Below, in pieces: positions 42,761-54,272 of a stretch of 64,000 nt of DNA (its first letter is position 1; every line of letters begins with the position of its first letter). The notes below the pieces were generated by a model. It ran no database searches. It saw nothing but the letters and a program-made list of their open reading frames with translations, and had not been told where the DNA came from. Source of the DNA: Octopus bimaculoides. Lineage: Eukaryota. Location of the stretch: NCBI RefSeq assembly GCF_001194135.2, contig NC_069000.1, positions 9,698,901-9,762,900 of the forward strand, written 5' to 3'. The translations under genes were made by a program, and so were the position numbers.

Positions 42761-43663
42761 AGTCATTTTAAGGATCTAGAATGAATTCCTGTCTGGCTGT
42801 TAAAGGGTTTTTTTCTGTGGGTCTTATCTATTCTTCATCCAATATTACAGAAAATGTTCCTGTTTTGAAAGGGAACTTTCTCCCTCTCGACCTCCTTCTG
42901 TCTTTCTTTCCCTCTCTCTCTTCCATGTCCTCTCCCATGATTTCTTTCCCTTTTTTATAAATAAACTCATGTTACATCTGCCCAACTTCTGAATAACTCC
43001 ACTTTTCATTTAATTCTTTTGTGATGGATAGATATACAGGTACAAGTGTAAATTCATTTGACTTTGAACTTCTCCAGAATTCTTTAATTTTTACATGTAA
43101 AAAAAAAAACAAGAAAAAAAAACCAAATGAAGCAACACAAGACAAGACAGAAACTTAACAAATTCTTATTATTACTTTAAGACACCAATTTTAAGGTATC
43201 AAAATCAAACCAACTCCCTGATAGGGAACTGCTAGACTGATTCTATCCCTCTTTTCTATGTCAAATTGGTGCTTATTATGTCCAATATCATTATACATTA
43301 ATATTGTTTTAAAAATATCATTGAGGAAAACAGTCTCCTTTTTAATCCATGTGAAGCCCTTTTGCAAATATGGTCCTTGTTCTTTGTAGGCCTGCAAGGG
43401 TCCTTCTGGTAACATCTCACTGTTTTGTGTTAACCTTGAGTGTACAGGTCTTTTGTCAACTGGGATACATCAAAACCTCTCTGTTTATGTATACGTGTTT
43501 TTGTTCTTTGTTAGTGTGCTCGTGTGTGTATGTGTGTATATATACATACATTAACACTCACAAACACACACACAATAAACTGATACTGTTGATTGTGATG
43601 ATGAGGGTTCCAGTTCAACTAACCCACACACCATATGTATGTATGTATATATATATATATATA

Positions 43664-43988
43664 TACAATTAAACCTTGGGAGAGGCATTATGCCGGTAAT
43701 AAACACACGCACTGGTTCAGTCCTTTATTAATTTATATAGTTTTTTGTTAAATTATTTCATTGCACTCTTGCAATCTCTTCAGTAACTTGTCTCTCCACT
43801 TCCATTTGGAAGTGGAGAGACAAGTTACTTGTCTCTCCACTTCCAAATGGAAGTGGAGAGACAAGTTACTGAAGAGATTGCAAGAGTGCAATGAAATAAT
43901 TTAACAAAAAACTATATAAATTAATAAAGGACTGAACCAGTGCGTGTGTTTATTACCGGCATAATGCCTCTCCTAAGGTTTAATTGTA
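43664..43988. repeat. 325-bp near-perfect palindrome with two nested hairpins
   Basis: The arms are reverse complements about centre 43826, with one mismatch seen. The inner hairpins have loops ATTT and AAAT. Confidence 0.92.
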
Positions 43989-44043
43989 TTTCTTTCAACA
44001 CACGTATCCACATCAAGAATCTTGCACACGAAATACACATACG

Positions 44044-44077
<34 letters not shown>

Positions 44078-45858
44078 ATTTTGTTTTTTATTTGGTTTGC
44101 AAGATTCTTCATGTGAATTCATGTATTGAAGCATGTTTTATTGTGTCTGGGGAGAGTCATTCTCTTTTTGTGCTTTATTTACTTATTTATTTTATCTAAA
44201 ATTTTCATTGTGTCTTGCAACCTCTTCGATAGTCATTGAGGCTGCAAGATACAACAAAAACTTTAGAAAAAATAAATAATTGAGTGGAAATCGAACCAGT
44301 GAGTGTGTTTAATAAAGCACTAAAAGTGAATGACTCGCTCCAGACAATAATATATGTGTACATCATTGCATTACTATAACTGTATCTTCCAGTATCACTG
44401 GGCACTTATATATATGTATTATACACACCTATGAATGTACTGTATACTACTGCTGTATATCTATACATCAGTGCTCTACTACAAATGTAGAGCGCATCTA
44501 TACTGTATATATTATTGTACTTATACTATATGGCATTATAGATTATATATTTTATAACTGCAATACCTCCAGTGTTCTATAAAGCTGTGTAGCTATATCA
44601 TATGATATGACTATACTACATAGTTGTACACTTATAATGTTTTTGCTGCTTAACTCCTGACAGAGCACATGTTATGAACAAATGCATCCTGGCCATGATC
44701 ACCCTGTCTTAATTGTTTCTGTTTTTAAAATTCAGACATGGTGATCTATTGAAATGTATTTTGTTGTTTAAGATGATAGGACATCATAATCTAAAGGAAA
44801 TTTACCAACTATTTCTTGTATCTATGTATTTACTCTATAGTAAAGCTATAGATCATGTAACTGTGTAGAGTTGTACTGCAAGTTACATAACTCTTCACAG
44901 TTCAGTTTTCCTGTCTCATAGATTAAACCTCTATTTTCAATGCTCAAAGTTTTACAAGACACTGCGGCACAGTGGGTTTCTTTTTGTAATGTATATTTAG
45001 ATAGTACATCACTAAAAGCTTTTCCCTTGTGATGTCCCAGCTCACATCTTTTCTCATGCTTTGTTCTCTACCATCCTTCATTTCTTTTATTCTAAACCGT
45101 TTCGAAACTAACCCATCCATGAGTGCCTGCAGGTCTATGACTCAATACCCCCGCATTTTTGAAATGATAATATTTGATTTATAATCTTTAATCATATTTT
45201 TATGTTGTTACGTTCCAAGGGAACAGATTAATAAAAGAAATCTTGAATATTTTACTAAATCCCTTCAAATTGTTATTGTCTTCAAAATTAATTGAACCAC
45301 ACAGGCAGTGTATTTCATTAAAATTATAGTAATACGGTTATTAAGTATCTTCAGCATTTCTATTAATATTGCTGAAAGTACTTTGGTTAAATACTTACTT
45401 GATCTTTGGCAGCTTTTAACTTGTTCTCCATTTCCTCTTCAAATTGCCTTTGCACAGACATTTCCAGGATTCATTCATATTAAGCTCTTTTATCTTTCTC
45501 TTTTATCTTTACATCTATACTGTATATAATATTGTACTTATACTACATGGCATTATAGATTATATATTTTATTACTGCAAGGATTAATATTATCATTCTC
45601 GTTGTTGTTGTTACATCCATCTCTTTACACATTTTGAATTCAAATACCACTGAAGTCAACCTTGCTTTTCATCCCTCCAAGGGTAATTAACTAAATTGCC
45701 AGTCAAATACTAAGGTTGATGGCATTGGCTACTTCCTCTCAACTCTAAAAGGCTTGCCTTGTTTATAAATCAAAAACCATTAATATTATTATTGATGTTA
45801 TCTTAACATTATTGTCTGTGAGTAAATGGCTTATATATATATATATATATATATATAT

Positions 45859-45967
45859 CAACTTTAAATAGAGCTCAAAATTGATCCGTTGAAAATACTT
45901 TATTGCAACAACAATAACAATAATAATAACAAATAAATAGACCAATTTTGAGCTCTATTTAAAGTTG
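45859..45967. mobile_element. Small TA-flanked foldback/MITE-like element
   Basis: CAACTTTAAATAGAGCTCAAAATTG pairs with CAATTTTGAGCTCTATTTAAAGTTG; TA on both sides. Confidence 0.6.
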
Positions 45968-48900
45968 ATATATATTCAAAAACTCAACTGTGAGTTTTTT
46001 GCTAAGATTGTTAACAGATACTATATGTTTTACCAAATTTTTNNNNNNNNNNNNNNNNNNNNNNNNNNNNNNNNNNNNNNNNNNNNNNNNNNNNNNNNNN
46101 NNNNNNNNNNNNNNNNNNNNNNNNNNNNNNNNNNNNNNNNNNNNNNNNNNNNNNNNNNNNNNNNNNNNNNNNNNNNNNNNNNNNNNNNNNNNNNNNNNNN
46201 NNNNNNNNNNNNNNNNNNNNNNNNNNNNNNNNNNNNNNNNNNNNNNNNNNNNNNNNNNNNNNNNNNNNNNNNNNNNNNNNNNNNNNNNNNNNNNNNNNNN
46301 NNNNNNNNNNNNNNNNNNNNNNNNNNNNNNNNNNNNNNNNNNNNNNNNNNNNNNNNNNNNNNNNNNNNNNNNNNNNNNNNNNNNNNNNNNNNNNNNNNNN
46401 NATATACCACCAGTCTGCATTTTAACAACAAAGGTATTTGTAGGGTTTATCAACTATATTTTTCGAGCTGTTTTCATGACTGCTTCATCTTTTTGTTGCT
46501 TTTGGAATAACTATATTCTGATGTACCTTAAAAATAATCTAATTTTCTTGTGAATAACTTATCATTGAATTCAGTCTCATGAATATTGCTATGTTACACA
46601 ATAATAAAAATACTTTCTGTATTTACAGCAAATAACATGAGTTGGTTGGATTTGATATGAGTGAATCAATATTCATAGCAATATTCATGAGATTGAATTC
46701 AGATAAACAATTGAAAATTGATGTAATAAAAGGACTTGTTCTCTCCATTTTTTCTTGTTTATAATTATAAAATTTTTAAAAAATTGTAAAAACAAATATT
46801 TGTTAGTTTTAAGCATATGTTTGAAAACATAATCTCCGGATCACTATCTGTCTGATAGCCTGGACCCATGGATGAGCTTAATAAGTTAAACTCCAGGGTT
46901 TACACCCAAATGAAATTGTTATATATACTTATATATATATGTATAAAGTGGTGAACTGGCAGAGTCGTTAACTTGCCGGACAAAATACTTGGTGGATTTT
47001 CTTTTGGATTTACTTTCTGAGTTCAAATTCAACCAAGGTTGACTTTGTCTTTCATCCTTTCAGGGTTGATAAAATAAATACCGCTTGAGCAATGGCATCG
47101 ATGTAATTAAGTAATCTACACCCACAAGTTTTTTGCTCTTGTATAGTAGAAAAGGGTATTTATGTGTATAGTCATATATGTATAAAGTAAAAAACTGAGG
47201 AAAAAACATATATAAGTTGAAACAATTTCTTAGCTTTTTACAGTTTTTATGATTATTTATAGAATATTATGTTAGGTTATATATAATATTCATAGTATTT
47301 AATGTGATATTGTAATATATAAATAAATTGAATGTCAATAGAATATCTCTATATTTAACTTATCTTTAAATATATACGTACACACACACATACGGTGGGC
47401 TTCTTTCAATTTCCATCTACCAAATAATCCACTCAAAAGGCTTTCATTGGCCCAAGAAGACACTTGCCCAAGGTGCCACACAGGGGACTGGTGTTCCAGA
47501 TTTATTGTCTGTGGACTCATGAGCATTCTGATAATGCATTCCCTATCTCGCCTATATCTAATTCTTCACAATTTGGGCATTTCAGTAGATCAAATTTCTG
47601 CGTTTGCAGTTCATATCTGCATTTATGAAAATCTGTCCATATGTATGTATTGACATGTTCCATATCTGTTATCATTACACTTGGATATGTAAATGTGTTA
47701 TTCTGTTTGTTCATGTTGAATTTTGCCTTTGTTAATAGTTTCTTTAGGTTTTGTGCTTGTCTTTTGCTTAAGATAAGCGTTTGATTAGTTATGAATTTTA
47801 ATTTTTCACTTTGTTTTATGATTGTCAAGAACTCAACTGTCAGTTAAACACATTTGAAATCTGATGAGTACACTATGTATAAAAGCGCTTTGTTAAAATA
47901 CCATAATAATAAAACGTGAAAACCGGACTATGTTTTAACTCTATTCAACTGATATATTATTATATGCACATTCACACAAATTTGAAACAATATATATATG
48001 TATATATNNNNNNNNNNNNNNNNNNNNNNNNNNNNNNNNNNNNNNNNNNNNNNNNNNNNNNNNNNNNNNNNNNNNNNNNNNNNNNNNNNNNNNNNNNNNN
48101 NNNNNNNNNNNNNNNNNNNNNNATATATATATATATATATATATATAAGAGACCAAAGTGTACGTATGCCGCTATATTTTTATATATAAAAAATACAAAA
48201 AAGGGACAAGAGAACATCCAGATAGACGATACAAAGAAAACAAGGACGGGTCATTCAGAGGTTTCATTCCTCAGTCGAGTTCCAGATTATCTTTGCGATT
48301 TCGGCTGGTTATACTCAAGATTGCTCCAATCTGGCCAGCCCCAAGGAAAAACTAAGTTAAGAGCATTAGATTCCTTGGAAGAAAGCAGCGAATGTATATG
48401 ATGAAAATAAGGACAGAAAAAAATGGGCTAATGAATGAAAACAACAACAAATAACAAAAAAAGAAATGAATAGTTATATAAATATTTATTGATTAAACAG
48501 CTGGTAAGCTGTGAGTGGTTAATATTGACGATATCTATATTACAAAATACATACATCAATGAATGTCTTTATTGAAATGTCTCTCCATAAATAATTTTCT
48601 GAAATAAAATTCCAAGCATGTTATTCCCATAAGAGACACAATGTATGTAAATTGCAATGTGGACTTTGATAAGGTACATAATTTAGCTCACCTTAGGCAA
48701 ATGGATACTACCATTTCAGCTTTATAGTTGAGTGCTTAGCAGCAGAATAATATTCCAATACGTTTGTCTGTATGTGTTTGTGTGAGTATATATGTACTTG
48801 TATAAGCATGTATGTGGAAGTTACCAGGCCATAGTTGATACAAGGAAAATTTTGACACCGAATAATAAATATTTAAGTGAAGTTAACAGTTTTTGTGTGA

Positions 48901-49280
48901 TTCTGAATGGCTAATAAATATCTTCCATGCTGTAATCCTTTTAGTTTCAGCACATGATCTCAGATCAAATCACTTGTGTGGCATGTACACCTCAGAAGTA
49001 TAGATAATTCCTGAAAGGGTGTCATCTAAGAGTAGTACCCCTTGATTTATTATTTCCTTTACTAGACTTACTGTGAACTCTCAAGACATTTCATGAGACG
49101 TTTTGTGTTTTCATCCAAAATGGAGACAAAAACCATCCTCTGTGTGATCGGCTTGAAAAATTGTTAGGATATTAAGATATTTTTCTTAACATGAAAGTAA
49201 TGGTAGCCTTAATACACAAATAAAGAAATTTTATCCACGAATGTGGTGTTGAGCATTCATTCTCATTGTTTAATATTTAC

Positions 49281-49315
<35 letters not shown>

Positions 49316-50539
49316 TTTTTTGTTTGATGTACCAATTCTACCATTGAAAACTCTGTATTCTAATACAATACAGCTCAATGAATATTGGTTTTGGAACATT
49401 ATCTGAAACATTTAAACATATTATCTTTCGATGTTGACTAGATGTTGAACTAAGAGTGCAGTACTGTTTGTGTTTGTGTCAAAACAGCTTGAAGGACTTC
49501 CTTTTTTTTTCTACATTTCACAGTGAGGTTTGCATAATCTTGATCTATTTATTGGATCATTTGCAAGGTTCATTATCTGTTATTGCTATGTCAGCAAGTT
49601 TGAGTTCAGATGATAACTTATATGAAATACATCTTTCAAACAAGATTCTGGAATACTTTGAAACAGAACATCTGCTATATTTAAATGCAGTTATGATTGC
49701 ATTATAGTGCAATTGGTAGATTTCTCAGTTAGATGTCTTAACTCATATAAAGTTTGGGTGTACACTGTCTTAGTTCAAATCCTTTTCTGTTCTGGATTAA
49801 GCATAAAGCTCTTAGACCATACTCTTATTTTACTCAGCTCTTCTTTACTCATCAAACTGGATTTTTCCTCATCATGATAATAATAATAATAATATATTTA
49901 AGCTTCATTTAAGTATATGATCTTTGTTTGTGGTTATGGTTAATTTAGATAATTACAGTATCCGCTTTGATTATATTTATATACTGCACTGGATCACTAT
50001 ACTGGATTCATCAAGGTAACTTGGATCACTGTACTGGATTCATGATTAATACTGTTATTAGAACTGCAGCAATTTTGAAGTTGGGTCCTTGAAATTAATT
50101 ATGTGATATTCCAAGAAATAACATCATCATCATCGTTATCAACCCTCTGGACATTACTGCCTTGAGTCTAAGAACTCATGGGACCAGGCACCTAGTTTCC
50201 ATGGCATATAAGTGACTGAGACCTCAACATTCCCTCTGAGTAAGATGTCAGTCCATGACCGGACTCAAGAAATAACATCCAATTTTTTACTTACTCCACT
50301 AATATCTCGACAAGTGGAAATAATTTTCTGTCCAATCATTTGTTGTTGAATCAACAATCTTACCGAAACAGATTACAATTAGTAATTGAGGCAAAAAGAA
50401 GCAAGCTGTGATAATAGTGAAGTATAACAGAATAGTGTGCTTTGAAATTTAAGGTTGTAAAGCAATGAAGTGGAATTATTAGATGCAAAGAAAAGTACAA
50501 CCTTTTAAACAGTTTAATTACACTTTTGATAGTGAGAAA

Positions 50540-50842
50540 TTATATATCCACAATGGATCTTTTCTTTCCAAAGTTCATTCCCGCTTGGTTTGCTCCATGG
50601 TTGAAGCCATATTGAAGATTGATGGTACGCTTGCCTTCTTCTGACACGTCTTCTGATTTGATGTCATTTACGTGGCGGACAGCTCCGAAGCTCATTCCTT
50701 TCTGTGTTGCAAATTTGTTGCTTCCTGCCTGAAGTCCAATGATTCCTTCACCGGCACGCATTACTTCAGTATCGAAATTAAGTTCACGAGATTCATGAGG
50801 CTTCGGACCACATTGTGGACCATTGAAATTGTGCTTTTGTGC
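50540..50842 (-). CDS. Calponin/transgelin-family terminal exon A (distal), 100 aa, 2 calponin repeats
   Basis: Acceptor ccttgttgtctacccag|GCA. Translation AQKHNFNGPQCGPKPHESR...IGLQAGSNKFATQKGM, INLQYGFNHGANQAGM, ending TAA. Confidence 0.88.
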   Translation of the reverse strand, partial: AQKHNFNGPQCGPKPHESRELNFDTEVMRAGEGIIGLQAGSNKFATQKGMSFGAVRHVNDIKSEDVSEEGKRTINLQYGFNHGANQAGMNFGKKRSIVDI

Positions 50843-52529
50843 CTGGGGTAGACAACAAGGAGGATATGTTAACACAACGAATATAAAGTGTTCATTAGAA
50901 ATTGATGATTCAACATTGATAAACAGAATGTAACTTTAGTTTCCTCATAACATTCTACATTAATATCAAATCTGAACTGAGATGTGTTTTATAGTCATAT
51001 TTGTATTGTGTCTGTTAATTGACTAGTTTATTTCTGGCCATTTTGATGGGTGATTCTTTTCACTTTTGATATAAAGTATAATATTCTGTTCTTCAAAAAT
51101 GGCCAACATAGTTAAAGTATGTGAAATTTTAAATTATTTTAACAAGTTTTACAAGTCTTGTAATTGCTATCAAAATAGATATATTTCAGCTAAAGATATA
51201 AGCCATTAAATGCTAAATCATCACCAACATTATTTTGATGTCCACTTTTCCATGTTTGCATGGGTCAGATGGAATTAACTGAGACAGATTTTCTATGGCT
51301 GGATGTCCTTCATCTGTTTCCAAGCAGGGTAATATTTCCCCATGACCAGACATGTTCTTGCAGAATATTGGAAATGAATGACATTACTTTTACGACAGTG
51401 ACAATCATTTTATTTCATTATAAATAGAAAATTTAATTAAACAATTTTAGTTTTGATGTCTATATTTTTAGATGAATTATTGCAGAGAGATTTTAGAGAT
51501 TTTGAACATTTTATCTTTTTACTAGTTTCAGGAATTATCAAGTATAATGAATGCAGACTATGATAGCTATTTATTTTATCAACTTCAGAAGCTTGAAAGA
51601 TAAAATCATGTTGTCCATTATGGTAACGATTCTGACAGCTTGCCACATTCTATATTACTAAATAATATTTTTCTTTTGGAAGACAAATTTGTGTATCAAA
51701 TCTGCTTGATTAGATGATTTCGACCAGGTATAGGAGACTCACAGGGTACTTATTAAAGAAAGCCTAAATCAACTCAACAACTGGTTCCATCACTGCAAAT
51801 TATATATATGTAAAAGAAAATCCCCAAAAATATAAAAACTATTGTCAATTTGGTAGAGATCAGGGACTATAGTTGCGTTTGGTAGAGAGAATGTGCTTTA
51901 GTTACATTTAGTAGAGAGCAGACACTTTAATCACTTTTGGTACTTGTTCTATTGATTCCAGGGAGATTAAAGTCAAAGTGAAATGTAGAAAGATTTGAGC
52001 ATATTGTATTCTGTTCTGTTGGTTTGACCATTTTCTCAGCCTTTAATGTAGGGGCAACAATGTATAATTCCACTCATTTCTTGGGAATGGGCATAGTCAG
52101 GCTATTTTCAATTGTCCCATTGGGGACTTAGTACTTGTTTTATCTATTTTGGAAGGATGAAGAGTCATATTGACTCCATTTTTTCATGGCCACTCTATTA
52201 GGATTTAAATTAAGGATGTAGGGAAACAAATTTGTTTGTATTTACTCTATTATCTCCTTGAGTGTAATTATATAAACCTAATAAGCACTTAGGTCTCATA
52301 CAAGACACTAAGGGAGTCTCTATGTAGTTGCTTAACTTGTGGAGAAATAATTACCAAATAACCTTCAAATGAGGCCCTACCATCTTAAAAAGTGTACAAC
52401 ATATTGGGTTACTTAGACCTAGGTGTACTGTTTTTAAGAAAGATGGGATGTTCTCAGCTGGAACTCTTTTGATTATAAATTTGCTCTATCAGAGCTGACA
52501 TGGAGCTGAACAACAACAACAACAAAAGT

Positions 52530-52568
<39 letters not shown>

Positions 52569-52679
52569 AATATTTCAATGAGAGGTTTTTTCCATTTGCA
52601 TAATTGTGTACCGATTTCAAAGATTTTCATCCAGAAGCATCACAAAAGGGCCATGTGTTCAGAATTATCTTACCTCTTT

Positions 52680-52735
<56 letters not shown>

Positions 52736-53855
52736 GTATGACAGACTCTAGAAAAACAAGGCTGTTGATTGAAAATTTCCAAAATGCACTTGAATTTAAA
52801 ATATTTATTTATTATACAAGTAAGCTGTAAGTGGTTGTTGATATCAACGATGTTATATCTGCTGTTGTAAAATACATGCAATGGCAAATATGCTTATCCA
52901 AATACTTCTCCACAAACAATTGCCTGAATTATATTTTCTGAATTGTAACTCCTGTTGACGGAATAATATCTGTAAAACATTGGTTCAGGAATACTATTTG
53001 AATTATATAAACATAAAATAAGCTTTTGCAGAACTGATGTTGGACAAAAGGAGCAGAATAGTTGTGTTTTTGTTGGAACAGTCTCAAAGATCTTCTCATA
53101 TTCCACACTGAGTGTTTGAGTAATTTGTGAAATTTTAAGCAGTACTGCTGTGCTGAAAATTGTGATTTGAATTTACTCGTTTGAGATTCCAAGAAAAAGA
53201 CAATCGTCAATCAATTTCTCTCCAAGCTTTCCTTTCACTTCACTAAAGCCTTAAAAAGTTGCAACAGTCATATGTTCTGCTAGATTGTGAAGGGGATGTT
53301 GCAAATAAGAAGAATTAACAATCTTATCAAAAAAACTTATTAAAAATTAACACAACATCCACTTTTAAGTGATGATAGACATTACCTTTTGGTGTTAATA
53401 CTGCTTCTGTCACCAATAATTATTTCTCAACAAGCCCACTGGCTATTTGTGAAACCAGTGCCTGATTAGGTACTGTGATTCTATGTGTAATAATAGCAGA
53501 GTTGTCACTGATATTTCCAGTGGTCAGGTGTCTATCATTGACAAGGCCAAGGAAGGCCAAAATCAAGTGATCTAGTTGTCTTGGTGGCAGTCAGGACAGG
53601 GGATTTATCTCCTGCTAGCAATGCAAACAAGAGTTCACCAAAAGCCTATGTGAGAGGTTTTTTCATGGTAACTATCGCACAACATTCACTTTTAAGTAAT
53701 GAAAAAAAAATTGTATTTAATAATTAAGCCCCAAAATAAAGAAAAGGAAAAAGAATCAAATTTGACAATGATTTACAGCAGTGCTTTAGAAGTGAGGGCT
53801 GTCAATCAAGTGCAAAGAAAAATATGATCTTGTAAACAGTTTGATTGTGATGTTA

Positions 53856-54272
53856 CTAATCTACAATAGATCTGTTCTTTCCAAAGCTCATCCCTGTTTG
53901 GTTCGCTCCAGCAGTATAGCCATATTGGAGATTGATGGTACGTTTTCCTTCATCAGAGATCTCTTCTGATTTGATGTCATTCCCGTGACGAACTGCTCCG
54001 AAGCTCATACCTTTCTGGGATGCAAATTTGTTGCTGCCACTTTGCAGACTGACTTCTCTGTTACTTTCTGCATCATACTGGTCACAACGGATGTCTGCAA
54101 TGTGGCGGACACCACCCATCACCATTCCTTTCTGCGTTGCATATTTGTTGCTTCCAGCCTGAAGAATAACAATTCCATGACCAGCACGCCTTACTTCTGG
54201 TTCAAAATGAACTGCACGAGATTCATGAGGCTTCGGACCACATGATGAACCATTGAAATTGTGTCTTTGTGC
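53856..54272 (-). CDS. Calponin/transgelin-family terminal exon B (middle), 138 aa, 3 calponin repeats
   Basis: Acceptor ccttgttgtctatcccag|GCA. Translation AQRHNFNGSSCGPKPHESR...LQAGSNKYATQKGM, LQSGSNKFASQKGM, LQYGYTAGANQTGM, ending TAG. Confidence 0.88.
   Translation of the reverse strand, partial: AQRHNFNGSSCGPKPHESRAVHFEPEVRRAGHGIVILQAGSNKYATQKGMVMGGVRHIADIRCDQYDAESNREVSLQSGSNKFASQKGMSFGAVRHGNDIKSEEISDEGKRTINLQYGYTAGANQTGMSFGKNRSIVD

Noticed and set aside
43868-43900. Hammerhead-ribozyme-like core CTGAAGA-G-ATTGCA(AGAG)TGCAAT-GAAA in the palindrome arm (similar at about 44205-44230 on the minus strand)
   Set aside because: The core and stem II are suggestive, but I could not build stems I and III with a valid NUH cleavage site, and the full palindrome would out-compete the fold. 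An Infernal search of the family consensus would settle it.
48155-48440. Possible Penelope-like repeat end
   Set aside because: It resembles a repeat I recall, but it is single-copy in this window with no coding or structural evidence.
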